From a virus (taxonomy: Duplodnaviria > Caudoviricetes), in IMG/VR virus record IMGVR_UViG_3300027763_000003, positions 1 through 61,031 of that record: a stretch of DNA of 61,031 bases; one strand, written 5' to 3'. The first letter of the stretch is position 1. Each line of letters begins with the position of its first letter. The position numbers and the translations under genes were made by a program. Positions 9,420 through 19,304 of this stretch are shown here, piece after piece. The notes under the pieces are model-generated. The model worked only from the letters and a program-made list of their open reading frames with translations, searched no databases and was not told the DNA's origin.

Positions 9420-9835
9420 TGGCTATCATTCAAACCCAAACCACCAGCTTTAAGTCGGAGCTGTACCAGGCTGTGCATAACCTATTGACAGATACAATTA
9501 AAATTGCGTTGTACACAGGTAATGCCAATATTGGACCTGATACTACTGTGTACACAACTTCCAATGAAGTTGTAGCTTCTGGGTATACAGCTGGTGGAAA
9601 CACTTTGACTGGTGCTACAGTTAATAGTTCTGGTTATACCGCCTATGTAAATTTTGCCAATACAAGTTGGGCCTCATCCATTACTGCCCGCTGTGCTTTA
9701 ATTTACAACTCAAGCAAGAGTAATAAGTCAATTGCTGTTATTGACTTTGGATCTGACAAGTCTTCAACTACTACATTCTTGATTACTATGCCAGCTAATA
9801 CTTCAACCACCGCACTCATTCGGAGTTCAAATTGA
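9419..9835 (+). CDS. Putative virion structural protein
   Basis: SFKxEL...KIALYT...EVxxxGYTAGG; paralogous to 10033..10509. Confidence 0.65.
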   Translation: MAIIQTQTTSFKSELYQAVHNLLTDTIKIALYTGNANIGPDTTVYTTSNEVVASGYTAGGNTLTGATVNSSGYTAYVNFANTSWASSITARCALIYNSSKSNKSIAVIDFGSDKSSTTTFLITMPANTSTTALIRSSN

Positions 9836-10023
9836 TTATTACCACCACTAAAGGCGACATGGATGATTCTTTGCTTAACAGGAAAGCAGGGGTTGTTGAT
9901 AATGAAAATGAGTACACAACTTGGGTAGAGTACTGGCTAGACGATGAGCTTGTTCATCGTTCCGCTCATGTAACACTGAAGAAGATGCCGGGGCTTTCCA
10001 CTGGTGAAGTTGCTACCATTTAA
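9832..10023 (+). CDS. Small hypothetical protein
   Basis: TTG start, GGAG RBS, ELVHRSAHV motif; fills the gap between genes. Confidence 0.55.
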   Translation: MIITTTKGDMDDSLLNRKAGVVDNENEYTTWVEYWLDDELVHRSAHVTLKKMPGLSTGEVATI

Positions 10024-10032
10024 GGAAATATC

Positions 10033-10509
10033 ATGGCAAATACTCAATCAATGTGTACCTCGTTCCTTAGTGAACTGATGACAGCTACCCATAATTTTGG
10101 TGTTGCACCTACTCGTGGAACAACTGCAGCGGATACTTTTAAAGCGGCTTTATACTACACCACGGCTACTGTAAACGCAGCAACTACGGCCTACTCAGCT
10201 ACTAATGAAGTTTCTGGCACGGGCTATACAGCGGGCGGTACTACAGTAACAAATGCAACAGCCCCGGCATCAACAAATACCTCGACTACTGCAGGAACAG
10301 GATACTGGACGCCGTCTGCAAGCTTTACTTGGACTACGGTGACGATTAGCACGGCGTTTGATACGGTGCTGCTCTACAACTCCACCCAGTCCAACAAGGC
10401 TGTCAGTGTCCACACATTTGGCTCCCAGACCATTACCGCAGGGAACATCACTATCACGATGCCTGCCAATGCGGCTGGAACTGCTTTACTGCGCTTGGTT
10501 ACGACCTAA
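10033..10509 (+). CDS. Putative virion structural protein, paralog of 9419..9835
   Basis: SFLSEL...FKAALYY...NEVSGTGYTAGG. Confidence 0.65.
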   Translation: MANTQSMCTSFLSELMTATHNFGVAPTRGTTAADTFKAALYYTTATVNAATTAYSATNEVSGTGYTAGGTTVTNATAPASTNTSTTAGTGYWTPSASFTWTTVTISTAFDTVLLYNSTQSNKAVSVHTFGSQTITAGNITITMPANAAGTALLRLVTT

Positions 10510-10536
10510 CCTGTTGCTTCCCAAAGGGAAGTTTGT

Positions 10537-10824
10537 ATGCGTATTGCTAATCGCTTATCAAGTATTACATACCTTGGTGTGGTGATTAATACATATGAAG
10601 CTAATGCCGGTGAAGGCATACCAATGCATACACATCTTTTTTCTCATGGAACTGTATGCCAAACTGGGTCCTGCAAAATTACAATTGATGAAAATTCTTT
10701 TGTTATACCAAGCGGCATGTTTTATGAAATGCCAGCAAATACAGCGCATGAAATTGAAGCCATGGAAGATGGAACTATTATTATTAATATAGTTCCTGAC
10801 CAAAGGATTATGGTAAATGCATAA
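10537..10824 (+). CDS. Cupin-domain protein
   Basis: PMHTH...H plus PANTAHEIEA cupin motifs. Confidence 0.75.
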   Translation: MRIANRLSSITYLGVVINTYEANAGEGIPMHTHLFSHGTVCQTGSCKITIDENSFVIPSGMFYEMPANTAHEIEAMEDGTIIINIVPDQRIMVNA

Positions 10825-12725
10825 TGGCGCAAATAATTCTTTACCCGACAACCAGTCCTCAATCTTGGAATCTTCCAGCTGATTGGAATGATGCTGCAAA
10901 TACCATTGAAATATATGGGGCTGGAGGTAGTGGAAGAGATGGAACGGCAACTGCATCTGGCGGCGGTGGCGGTGGCGGTGCATATGGACTAGCAACCAAT
11001 GTACCGCTTAAAGCGGCGGATGCTGCTGGATATGTAACCAACAAATTTTATGCTCCCGGAACTTTATGGAATGGAGTTATTGCAACTGACGGCTGCACTG
11101 GATTACCAATTATTGGCGCTTTAGTATTTGCAAGTAATGGGGTCCCTGGAATTTCCGGCGGTCAAGGCGGCTCCATAGGTGGTTCTCAAATAGCTGGCAT
11201 TGTTTACACTACAATTTCAAGGGCTGGCGGTAACGGAGGTCTAGGAAGAACTTCAACTACTGCTGCCGGTGGTGGAGGTGGTGGTGCGGCTGGACCTAAC
11301 GGCATTGGTGGAGCAGGAGGAGCAAATAGCGCTACCAATCCAACAATAGGTAGAGGCGGCGGCGGTGGAAACGGTGGCACGGCTGGTTCTGGTACATCTG
11401 CAACAGGTGGAACGGCGGGAACGGGGGCTGGTGCAGGCGGTACTGGCGGCGCGGCATCCACATCAGGTAGTGCAGGTGGCAATGGAACTTCTGTTTACTC
11501 TGGTGGCGGTGGAGGTGGCGCTGGTGATGGCACGGGAACTACTGTTGGCGGCGCTGGTGGAACTTATGGTGGGGGCGGCGGCGGCGGCGCTTCTTCAATT
11601 ATTTCAACGGGTGGAGTTGGTGGTGCAAGTATCATCATCATCAATTACACCCCAATCCCAACTGTAACTGTAGCTCTAACATCCGCATCAGCCTCTGGTA
11701 GTTTGGGTGCACTTGTGTTTTCAAAGAGTGTAGCTATAACTTCTACAGCTGCATCTGGTTTTTCTTCTACTCTAGGCTATACCTATTCAACGCTCCTTGG
11801 AAATAATACGGCGAGCGGTTTTGCGGGAACTGAAACCTACGCTTCTGATGTGCAGGTAAATGCAACCGGGGTTATTGCATCTGGTTTTGCCACAACGCCC
11901 ATTTATGCTTTAACTAATTCCACTACAGGCACAAGCGCGCTCGGACAAACAGCTACACCGGTGTATGCGCTTACATCACCTATCTCAAACACAAGTGCTG
12001 CTGGGCGTGTAAGCCTTCCGGCATATGCGGTTTCCTTAGCTACTTCTGGCGTATCAGCATCAGGGCTGCTGGGCACTGTTGTATTTTCAACAACTATAAC
12101 TTTTGACATAACAGCAGTCACAGCCTCCGGCTATGCCTCAAACACAGCCATGTCTTTTGACAAGGCGCTTACTACTACTCCAGCTGCAGGAGTCCTTCAA
12201 ACGCTGGTGTATGGAATAACACCAAGCCTTACATCTGTGGTAGGATCAGGATCAGCGTCTGGGTTTGCCTCTTATGCTGTAACACAGGCACTTACAGGGA
12301 CATATGCAAACGGCTATATTGGTCAGGTTGTATCTGTTGGCTGGAGGGTGATACCAACACCACAATCCCCTGGTTGGAATGATGTTAGTAACACGCAAAC
12401 GTCAAGTTGGAGTACTGTAGATAACATGCAAACTTTGAATTGGACCGCTGTTAGCGACACTCAGGCGTCAAATTGGGATGCTATAAACAACTTGCAAACA
12501 GCAAATTGGGCTGCTGTTGGTAATACCCAAACGTCAAGCTGGAATGATGTTAGCAACACGCAAACAGCAAATTGGGCTGCTGTTGGTAACACGCAGAATC
12601 CAAACTGGAGTGGCATTGGTAACAATCAAAATTCAAATTGGGGCAGTGTTAGTAATACCCAAGCGCCAGGCTGGGATGCTGTAAACAACCCTCAAGACCC
12701 AGGGTGGGTAGACGTTAACACTTAA
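10824..12725 (+). CDS. Glycine-rich fibre/adhesin-like protein with C-terminal Trp repeats
   Basis: GAGGSG...GGGGG domain, Thr/Ser/Ala-rich shaft, ~11-aa W repeats. Confidence 0.65.
   Translation: MAQIILYPTTSPQSWNLPADWNDAANTIEIYGAGGSGRDGTATASGGGGGGGAYGLATNVPLKAADAAGYVTNKFYAPGTLWNGVIATDGCTGLPIIGALVFASNGVPGISGGQGGSIGGSQIAGIVYTTISRAGGNGGLGRTSTTAAGGGGGGAAGPNGIGGAGGANSATNPTIGRGGGGGNGGTAGSGTSATGGTAGTGAGAGGTGGAASTSGSAGGNGTSVYSGGGGGGAGDGTGTTVGGAGGTYGGGGGGGASSIISTGGVGGASIIIINYTPIPTVTVALTSASASGSLGALVFSKSVAITSTAASGFSSTLGYTYSTLLGNNTASGFAGTETYASDVQVNATGVIASGFATTPIYALTNSTTGTSALGQTATPVYALTSPISNTSAAGRVSLPAYAVSLATSGVSASGLLGTVVFSTTITFDITAVTASGYASNTAMSFDKALTTTPAAGVLQTLVYGITPSLTSVVGSGSASGFASYAVTQALTGTYANGYIGQVVSVGWRVIPTPQSPGWNDVSNTQTSSWSTVDNMQTLNWTAVSDTQASNWDAINNLQTANWAAVGNTQTSSWNDVSNTQTANWAAVGNTQNPNWSGIGNNQNSNWGSVSNTQAPGWDAVNNPQDPGWVDVNT
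12340..12720 (+). repeat. ~33-nt (11-aa) tandem repeat W-x-x-V/I-x-N-x-Q-x-x-x, about 11 copies
   Basis: WNDVSNTQTSS / WSTVDNMQTLN / WAAVGNTQTSS etc.; DNA repeat caaacagcaaattgggctgctgttggtaa occurs twice. Confidence 0.85.
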
Positions 12726-12734
12726 GGATTAGCT

Positions 12735-13871
12735 ATGGCTGTCAATTACACATCTTTACTGAACTTAGCACAGCCGGTAAATGGTACGGAATCTGGTACG
12801 TGGGGTAGTGATGTAAATAACGGCATCTCGTCGTATCTTGACATTGCTATTGCTGGTGGCTTGGCAGTAACTGTAACTACTGCTGATGTAACGCTTGCAC
12901 CCACCCAGGGAACAAGCTCCGGAACAAACATTACATCAACAACCTCGCAGTACGCTATTTTGAACGTAAGCGGGGCTATGGACGCTGCACACAATCTGAT
13001 CGTACCTAGCACTAGCAAGTGGTACATCATTAACAACGCTACTACCGGCGGCTTTGCTCTTACAGTAAAAGGTGCAGCAACTACAGGTGTGGCTCTTGTC
13101 AACGGTGAGAAAGCCATTGTTGCCTGGAATGGAACTGACTTTGTAAAGATTTCTGGCGTATCTGGCGCTGCTGTGTTTACCTCTGTTACAGACTCCGGGC
13201 TTACCTCTGGGCATGTGACCTACGCATCTACCGGTGGACTGCTGGTTGACTCTGCCAACCTGACGTTCAATGGTACGGTGCTGACTTCCAGCTTTGCCGG
13301 ACCAGTTGCCGCCACAACCCTTAGTGCATCCAGCACGGTGAGTGGCTCAGGCTTTTCCACTTACCTAGCAAGCCCTCCAGCTATCGGTGGTACGGCTGCT
13401 GCGGCTGGATCTTTCACTACGCTATCTGCCTCGTCTACGGTCAGCGGGACAGGGTTCAGCACATACTTGGCAAGTCCACCGGCTATCGGCGGTACAGCAG
13501 CTGCTGCAGGTTCGTTCACCACCCTAACGGCGTCAACCAACTTTGTTGGCCGGATCAATCCTCGTGCCCTTGCCAGTACGGCCAACAGCGCCACACCTAC
13601 CATCAACACCGACAACTACGACATAGTAGTTATCACAGCGCAATCCGTAGCCATTACATCGTTTACGACCAACCTGACTGGAACCCCGGTCAACGGCCAG
13701 AAGTTGTGGATCTCTATTACTGGTACGGGCGCTATTGCAATTACCTGGGGCGCTTCTTTCGAGTCCTCCACGATCACGCTGCCAACCACCACCGTGACCA
13801 CAAACCGGCTTGATATTGGTTTTGTTTGGAACGTGGCTACCAGCAAGTGGCGCTGCGTTGCTACCGCGTAA
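12735..13871 (+). CDS. Tail fibre protein
   Basis: N-terminal GTESGTWG anchor motif; internal duplication STYLASPPAIGGTAAAAGSFTTL x2. Confidence 0.65.
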   Translation: MAVNYTSLLNLAQPVNGTESGTWGSDVNNGISSYLDIAIAGGLAVTVTTADVTLAPTQGTSSGTNITSTTSQYAILNVSGAMDAAHNLIVPSTSKWYIINNATTGGFALTVKGAATTGVALVNGEKAIVAWNGTDFVKISGVSGAAVFTSVTDSGLTSGHVTYASTGGLLVDSANLTFNGTVLTSSFAGPVAATTLSASSTVSGSGFSTYLASPPAIGGTAAAAGSFTTLSASSTVSGTGFSTYLASPPAIGGTAAAAGSFTTLTASTNFVGRINPRALASTANSATPTINTDNYDIVVITAQSVAITSFTTNLTGTPVNGQKLWISITGTGAIAITWGASFESSTITLPTTTVTTNRLDIGFVWNVATSKWRCVATA

Positions 13872-13880
13872 GGAGCAAGC

Positions 13881-14066
13881 ATGTCAAAGTGTGCTGTTTG
13901 CGTAAACAATGCAGTTGTCAACATCATCGTTGCCGATGCAAGCGACCCGTGCCCTGTTGAAAATGGAGTTTTAATCTCCGTTGATGGCATTGATTGCGAT
14001 ATTGGCTGGGTGTACACCGGCTCAGGCTTCACTAACCCCAACCCTCCTGAATGGAGTGATTTGTAA
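13881..14066 (+). CDS. Small fibre-associated protein
   Basis: VVNIIVAD...[10 protein letters not shown] pattern seen next to Gly-rich fibre genes; AAGGAG RBS. Confidence 0.55.
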   Translation: MSKCAVCVNNAVVNIIVADASDPCPVENGVLISVDGIDCDIGWVYTGSGFTNPNPPEWSDL

Positions 14067-15199
14067 TGCCTACCGTTGTCTTAACAAGTGGAACTACCTG
14101 GACAGTCCCAAGCGACTGGACCAGCTCAGGTGCGACCATTGAGGTAATTGGTGGCGGTGGCTCAGGGCGTGTTGGTGGTAGTGGTAATGGAGCCCAGGGC
14201 GGTGGAGGTGGTGGGTATACAAGAAATACCGTTGCTGCTCTGAATGCAGGCCAATCTATCACCATTGCTATTGGTGCTGGTGGCGCAGCTAAAAATACAA
14301 CTTCAACAGACGGAACGGCAGGTGGCCTTAGTTACATTGGCACTGCAGCGGTAACAGGGTCAATTGCAACAACAACTTTAACAGTAACAGCTGTATCAGT
14401 TGGAACCCTTTATGTTGGATCGTATATCACAGGAACCGGCGTAACCGCAGGAACATACATCACCGCTTTTGGTACTGGCACAGGAGGGAACGGAACATAC
14501 ACTGTATCAGCGTCCCAAACGGTGTCCTCTACAGGTCTTTCATGCTATCTTGCTTTTGCAAATGGTGGTGGTGCCGGGGTTTCAGGAGCGGGTGGAGCGG
14601 GCGGTGCAGCTTCTAACTGGGGAACCACAAAATATGCAGGTGGATCTGGTGGCAGTACCGGTGGAATAGGTGGTCGAGGCGGCGCTGGAGGTGGTGGCGC
14701 TGGAGGTTATGCTGGAAATGGCGGAAATGGTGGTAATCCAACTAGTACCGGTGGCTCAGGTGGTGGTGGAGCTGGTGGATTAACGGGCGCTGGAACAACA
14801 GCCGCTGATTCAACTACAGCAAACGGTACAGCTGGTGGCGCTGCAGGATACTCTGGAAGCTCGGCAGGTACCGGAGGAACATCAGGCGTACCTGCTGGTG
14901 GCGCTGGCTCCAATGGTGCTGGTGGCGGTGGCGGCTATCCAAGTGCTAGTGGTGGAGGTGGTGCTGGTGGCGCAGGACCTGCAGCTAGTGTTTTGGGTCA
15001 GTATTCTGGCGGCGGTGGTGGTGGTGCTGGAAATAACAGTGCCGCCACAATTCCTAACGGTGGATCTGGCGGAGGTTATGGCGGTGGTGGCGCTGGTGGT
15101 ATTGGAGCTATAACAAGCCCTAGTGCTTCAGGTGCGGGTTCAAACGGCGTGATTGTCATAACCTACACTAGCGCAAACGGGTTCTTCCTGCTGTTCTAA
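14066..15199 (+). CDS. Glycine-rich receptor-binding/adhesin-like protein
   Basis: TSGTTWTVP...IGGGGSG...[10 protein letters not shown], the Gly-rich domain architecture. Confidence 0.65.
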   Translation: MPTVVLTSGTTWTVPSDWTSSGATIEVIGGGGSGRVGGSGNGAQGGGGGGYTRNTVAALNAGQSITIAIGAGGAAKNTTSTDGTAGGLSYIGTAAVTGSIATTTLTVTAVSVGTLYVGSYITGTGVTAGTYITAFGTGTGGNGTYTVSASQTVSSTGLSCYLAFANGGGAGVSGAGGAGGAASNWGTTKYAGGSGGSTGGIGGRGGAGGGGAGGYAGNGGNGGNPTSTGGSGGGGAGGLTGAGTTAADSTTANGTAGGAAGYSGSSAGTGGTSGVPAGGAGSNGAGGGGGYPSASGGGGAGGAGPAASVLGQYSGGGGGGAGNNSAATIPNGGSGGGYGGGGAGGIGAITSPSASGAGSNGVIVITYTSANGFFLLF

Positions 15200-15200
15200 T

Positions 15201-15671
15201 ATGATTGATCCCATCACCCTCATTGCTACCGCACGGGCTACGATAGCCGGTGTTAAGCAAGCCATTGCGCTGGGGAAAGATGCGGCTGATTTATGGCATC
15301 AATTTTTTGATGTCAAAGACGCTGTGATGAGGGAAAAGGCTAAGCCGTCAAAGAAGGCGTTTCAGTCTGCCAACTCGCAGGCTATGGAACTGATTCAGCT
15401 TGCAGAAGAAATGCAGCAGGTTGAAGAGCAGATCAAACTGTCTTTTATGAGGCGCGGAAAAACCAACTTGTGGATGGACTTCTTGAAAGAAAGGAACCGC
15501 ATCGTGGCTGAAAATAAAGCAAACGAAATTGCGGCAGATAAGGCTAAGGCCAAGCGCAAGAAAGAAATTGAAGAAGTTATTGAAATGGTTTTGTTGGTGG
15601 TCCTCATCTCCCTAATAATTACATTGGGTGTGTGGGGTACTATGGAATATATTGCTTTTATGCGGAAATAA
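15201..15671 (+). CDS. Membrane-anchored protein with a C-terminal TM helix (lysis-region accessory)
   Basis: MIDPITL... coiled region followed by hydrophobic VLLVVLISLIITLGVWG. Confidence 0.6.
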   Translation: MIDPITLIATARATIAGVKQAIALGKDAADLWHQFFDVKDAVMREKAKPSKKAFQSANSQAMELIQLAEEMQQVEEQIKLSFMRRGKTNLWMDFLKERNRIVAENKANEIAADKAKAKRKKEIEEVIEMVLLVVLISLIITLGVWGTMEYIAFMRK

Positions 15672-15672
15672 T

Positions 15673-16170
15673 ATGAATGAACTACTCAATATTCTCAAAG
15701 GCATTGCGCCTGCTGTTGCAACCGCCGTTGGTGGCCCTCTTGGTGGCCTCGCTGTTACCGCTATCGCTAATAAGTTTGGCGTGGCTGATGACGTTAAGGC
15801 TGTTGCGGCTGCTATTGCAGGTGATCCAGAAGCAGCGACCAAGCTGGCTGAACTAGACCTCAAGCAGTTTGAGTTGGAGAACGCTGACCGCGACTCCGCC
15901 CGTCATATGCAAGAGACTGCGTTGAACCAGGACGACAAGTTTGCCAAGCATTTCATTTATTGGTTTGCATGGTTCTGGTCCATCGGCTCAATGGCCTACT
16001 TCTTTGCCATTACCTTTGGGCAAGTTCCAGCCAGCGGTAAAGACTTCGGTAACATCATCTTGGGCTTCTTGCTGGGCACCGCTGTTGCTACCATCATCTC
16101 GTTCTTCTACGGCTCCAGCAAGTCCAGTAAAGACAAGACCGATACCATGAGCAAGGAGTTGATGAAATGA
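15673..16170 (+). CDS. Putative holin
   Basis: Start moved to ATG 15673; two TM segments and FFYGSS motif; directly upstream of the endolysin. Confidence 0.6.
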   Translation: MNELLNILKGIAPAVATAVGGPLGGLAVTAIANKFGVADDVKAVAAAIAGDPEAATKLAELDLKQFELENADRDSARHMQETALNQDDKFAKHFIYWFAWFWSIGSMAYFFAITFGQVPASGKDFGNIILGFLLGTAVATIISFFYGSSKSSKDKTDTMSKELMK

Positions 16171-16595
16171 ACCTCACCGAACACTTCACACTTGAAGAGT
16201 TGACCCACACCGACCATCGTCAATATGACAACACACCCAACGATGCAGAGCTCGCAAATCTTAAACGACTGGCTGAGTTACTGGAGTTGGTCAAGGTGGC
16301 ACTTGGAGGTAAACCCATCATGGTCAACTCCGCCTTCCGATCTAAGCAGGTCAACGACGCAGTCGGCTCCAAAGATACGTCCCAACATCGAGTGGGCTGT
16401 GCTGCGGACATCCGTGTTCCCGGAATGACTCCAGATCAAGTGGTTCGTGCTGTCATTGATGCCAAGCTTCCTTTTGACCAGATCATCCGTGAGTTTGATG
16501 CCTGGACACACATCAGTGTAGTGAATGACATTGGGCACCTCCCCCGCCGACAGGCTCTCATCATTGACAAAGCAGGCACTCGCGCATTTGCCTGA
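16167..16595 (+). CDS. Endolysin, peptidase M15A family
   Basis: HFTLEEL...SAFRS...NDAVG...SQHRVGCAADI...WTHIS. Confidence 0.85.
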   Translation: MNLTEHFTLEELTHTDHRQYDNTPNDAELANLKRLAELLELVKVALGGKPIMVNSAFRSKQVNDAVGSKDTSQHRVGCAADIRVPGMTPDQVVRAVIDAKLPFDQIIREFDAWTHISVVNDIGHLPRRQALIIDKAGTRAFA

Positions 16596-16613
16596 TTCAT
16601 GGGAAAATGAGTT

Positions 16614-19001
16614 ATGCCACTAAAAAAGATTTCCCTTAAGCCTGGTGTTAACCGTGAGAACACGCGCTACACCAATGAGGGTGGCTACTATGAATCGAAC
16701 CTGGTTCGGTTTCGCCAAGGTACGCCTGAAAAAATCGGTGGCTGGTATCAAATTTCCGCCAATACATTCCTTGGAGTTTGCCGGTCCCTATGGAACTGGG
16801 TAACTCTTGGCGCACAAAATTTAATGGGCGTTGGCACAAATCTCAAATACTACATTGAGAATGGTGGTGCTTACTATGACATTACACCGATTCGTGCTGA
16901 GTCTACTCTTACCAACCCATTTACTACAATTAATTTATCAAAAACAATTACGGTAACAGATGCTTCTGGTGGATATAGCAACGGGGATTTTGTTACATTT
17001 TCTCCATCGGTTACAGTTGGTGGAATTTCAATTGGCGGTGAATATCAAATAACCGCATCAACCGGGGCTACCACCTACACTATTACTTCAACATCAGCAG
17101 CTACCTCCGGAGCAACTGGTGGCGGTACTGTATATGCCGTTTACCAGGTTTCGGTTGGCCCCGAGTATGCAGTCCCTCTATCTGGCTGGGGTGCTGGGCC
17201 CTGGGGTGGTGGAACCTGGGGCACTGGATCCACAACAGCAGATGCTATACGCATCTGGAATGCCAACAACTTTGGTCAAAACCTAGTGTATGGGCCACGG
17301 GGTGGGGCTTTATATCTTTGGAATGCAAACATAGGGTTTAGCTCTCCATCAATAACTATAACTATTGCAAGCCCAGCAGTAGTTACAGGTACATTTACCA
17401 TAGTAGATAATGCCGCTATTCAGCTACAAACTACTGGGGCATTACCTACTGGATTAATAGTTGGAACTACTTACTATATTAAGTATTTAACATCAACTAC
17501 ATTTAATCTGGCAACATCTACCACATCAAGTGCGGTATTGTCTGGTGTGGTAATTACTGGTACGGCCGGTCAATTTAGTTGCACCGCATCGAGTGTTGCT
17601 TTAGCTATTGGTCAATCATTAACGATTAGTGGAACCTATGGTGGTACAGGATCCATTACTGGATACACCAACCCAACGAAGTACTACATTATTGCTACCA
17701 ATGGATCAACTACGTTTACGCTATCCACTACAGCTGGAGGTTCTGGAGTTACGACTACGGCTGGAACTCCAACTGGACTTACCTACACGCTATCTACGAC
17801 AATTAATACATCAGGCACACAGTCTGGTGTGAATAGTGTATCGGTGCGTGGAATACCGCTATCCAGCCTTAACGGCGCAAGTTCTGTTCCGCTGTATCAA
17901 AACTACCTGCTCATCTCCGATGTGAGCCGTATCACCATTGTCTTTGGAACCAATGACTATGGCAGCACAACCCTGGATCCAATGTTGATCCGGTGGTCTG
18001 ACAAGGAGTCTTTGGTTGAGTGGCAACCATCCGCCACTACTGAGGCTGGATCAGTTCGTTTTTCTCATGGATCAAAAATTGTCACCGCGCTGCAAAGCCG
18101 ACAGGAGATTGTGGTTTGGACTGATTCCACAATTTACTCCATGCAGTATTCTGGTCCGCCCAATGTATTTAACACCCAGTTGCTTGCAGACAATGTATCT
18201 ATTGCAGGTCCAAATGCTATGGCAGTGGCTGCTAACGTGGTTTACTGGATGGGTGTGGATAAGTTCTACAAATATGATGGCCGGGTCCAGACATTGCGAT
18301 GTGACTTGCGCCAATTCATTTACAGCGACATTAACCCGCTTCAGTTTGACCAGGTGTATTCAAGCACCAACGAAGGCTTTAATGAAGTCTGGTGGTTTTA
18401 CTGCACTGAAAACTCAAACCAAATAGACCGGTACGTTGTCTACAACTACTTTGAAGATGTTTGGTATTACGGCTCTCTGGGTCGAACCGCATGGATTGAT
18501 ACTGGACTACGTAGCTACCCTGTTGCTGCTACTTACTCCAATAATCTTGTCAATCAAGAGTATGGTGTAGATGATGGAACCAGCGGAACTTTGGTTCCAA
18601 TGAATTCTTCCATCACAACATCAGAGTTTGATATTGATGACGGACACAACTTTGCTTTTGTATGGCGGATGTTGCCTGACTTGACATTCCGTGGATCTAC
18701 AGATGGGACGCAGCCAAGCCTGACAATACAGTTGCAGCCACTGCAGAATTCTGGATCTGGCTATAACAGCCCAATCTCCATAGGTGGAACAAGCTCCACT
18801 GGAACACAGACTGTTAACACGGCCAAGAATGGAATTGCACCGCTGTACACCTATCCGCAAGACCCAGACATCTTTACCGGCCAACTCAACATTCGTGTGC
18901 GTGGTCGACAGATGTCCATGAGAATTGCATGTAACACGCTTGGTACCCAATGGCAGCTTGGAGCACCACGTATTGATCTTAGACTTGATGGCAGGCGGTA
19001 A
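16614..19001 (+). CDS. Tail nozzle / DNA stabilization protein (P22 gp10 / T7 gp12-like) with inserted beta domains
   Basis: 795 aa, beta-propeller-like pattern (IRWSD, VYWMG, EVWWFY), C-terminal DGRR. Confidence 0.7.
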   Translation: MPLKKISLKPGVNRENTRYTNEGGYYESNLVRFRQGTPEKIGGWYQISANTFLGVCRSLWNWVTLGAQNLMGVGTNLKYYIENGGAYYDITPIRAESTLTNPFTTINLSKTITVTDASGGYSNGDFVTFSPSVTVGGISIGGEYQITASTGATTYTITSTSAATSGATGGGTVYAVYQVSVGPEYAVPLSGWGAGPWGGGTWGTGSTTADAIRIWNANNFGQNLVYGPRGGALYLWNANIGFSSPSITITIASPAVVTGTFTIVDNAAIQLQTTGALPTGLIVGTTYYIKYLTSTTFNLATSTTSSAVLSGVVITGTAGQFSCTASSVALAIGQSLTISGTYGGTGSITGYTNPTKYYIIATNGSTTFTLSTTAGGSGVTTTAGTPTGLTYTLSTTINTSGTQSGVNSVSVRGIPLSSLNGASSVPLYQNYLLISDVSRITIVFGTNDYGSTTLDPMLIRWSDKESLVEWQPSATTEAGSVRFSHGSKIVTALQSRQEIVVWTDSTIYSMQYSGPPNVFNTQLLADNVSIAGPNAMAVAANVVYWMGVDKFYKYDGRVQTLRCDLRQFIYSDINPLQFDQVYSSTNEGFNEVWWFYCTENSNQIDRYVVYNYFEDVWYYGSLGRTAWIDTGLRSYPVAATYSNNLVNQEYGVDDGTSGTLVPMNSSITTSEFDIDDGHNFAFVWRMLPDLTFRGSTDGTQPSLTIQLQPLQNSGSGYNSPISIGGTSSTGTQTVNTAKNGIAPLYTYPQDPDIFTGQLNIRVRGRQMSMRIACNTLGTQWQLGAPRIDLRLDGRR

Positions 19002-19003
19002 TC

Positions 19004-19303
19004 ATGGCTCAAAAAAATGTTGTAGCACCTCGACTACCCAATGCTACTGAAGAGTACGATAGCCAGATGATGAATCAGTTCATCAATATATTGCGGCTGT
19101 ATTTTAATCAGCTTGATAATGCAGGGCCTATTGCTGCATCTTCACAGTTTAGTGGTGCATCTGTTGTTTCTGGATTAAGTTTTTACCCCAATTCTGGGTC
19201 AACTGTACCAAGCTTGCCAACTCAAGCTAATCTTGCTAACTTGCGTATTGGTGATATTTACTATGACACTACTGCAAACAATGTACTGAAAGTGAAGGTT
19301 TAA
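19004..19303 (+). CDS. Small tail-associated protein
   Basis: APRLP...EYD...LRLYFNQLD; follows the nozzle gene. Confidence 0.6.
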   Translation: MAQKNVVAPRLPNATEEYDSQMMNQFINILRLYFNQLDNAGPIAASSQFSGASVVSGLSFYPNSGSTVPSLPTQANLANLRIGDIYYDTTANNVLKVKV

Positions 19304-19304
19304 T

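Noticed and set aside
10824-15199. Diversity-generating retroelement acting on the fibre genes
   Set aside because: No reverse transcriptase and no template/variable repeat pair with adenine-specific mismatches was seen
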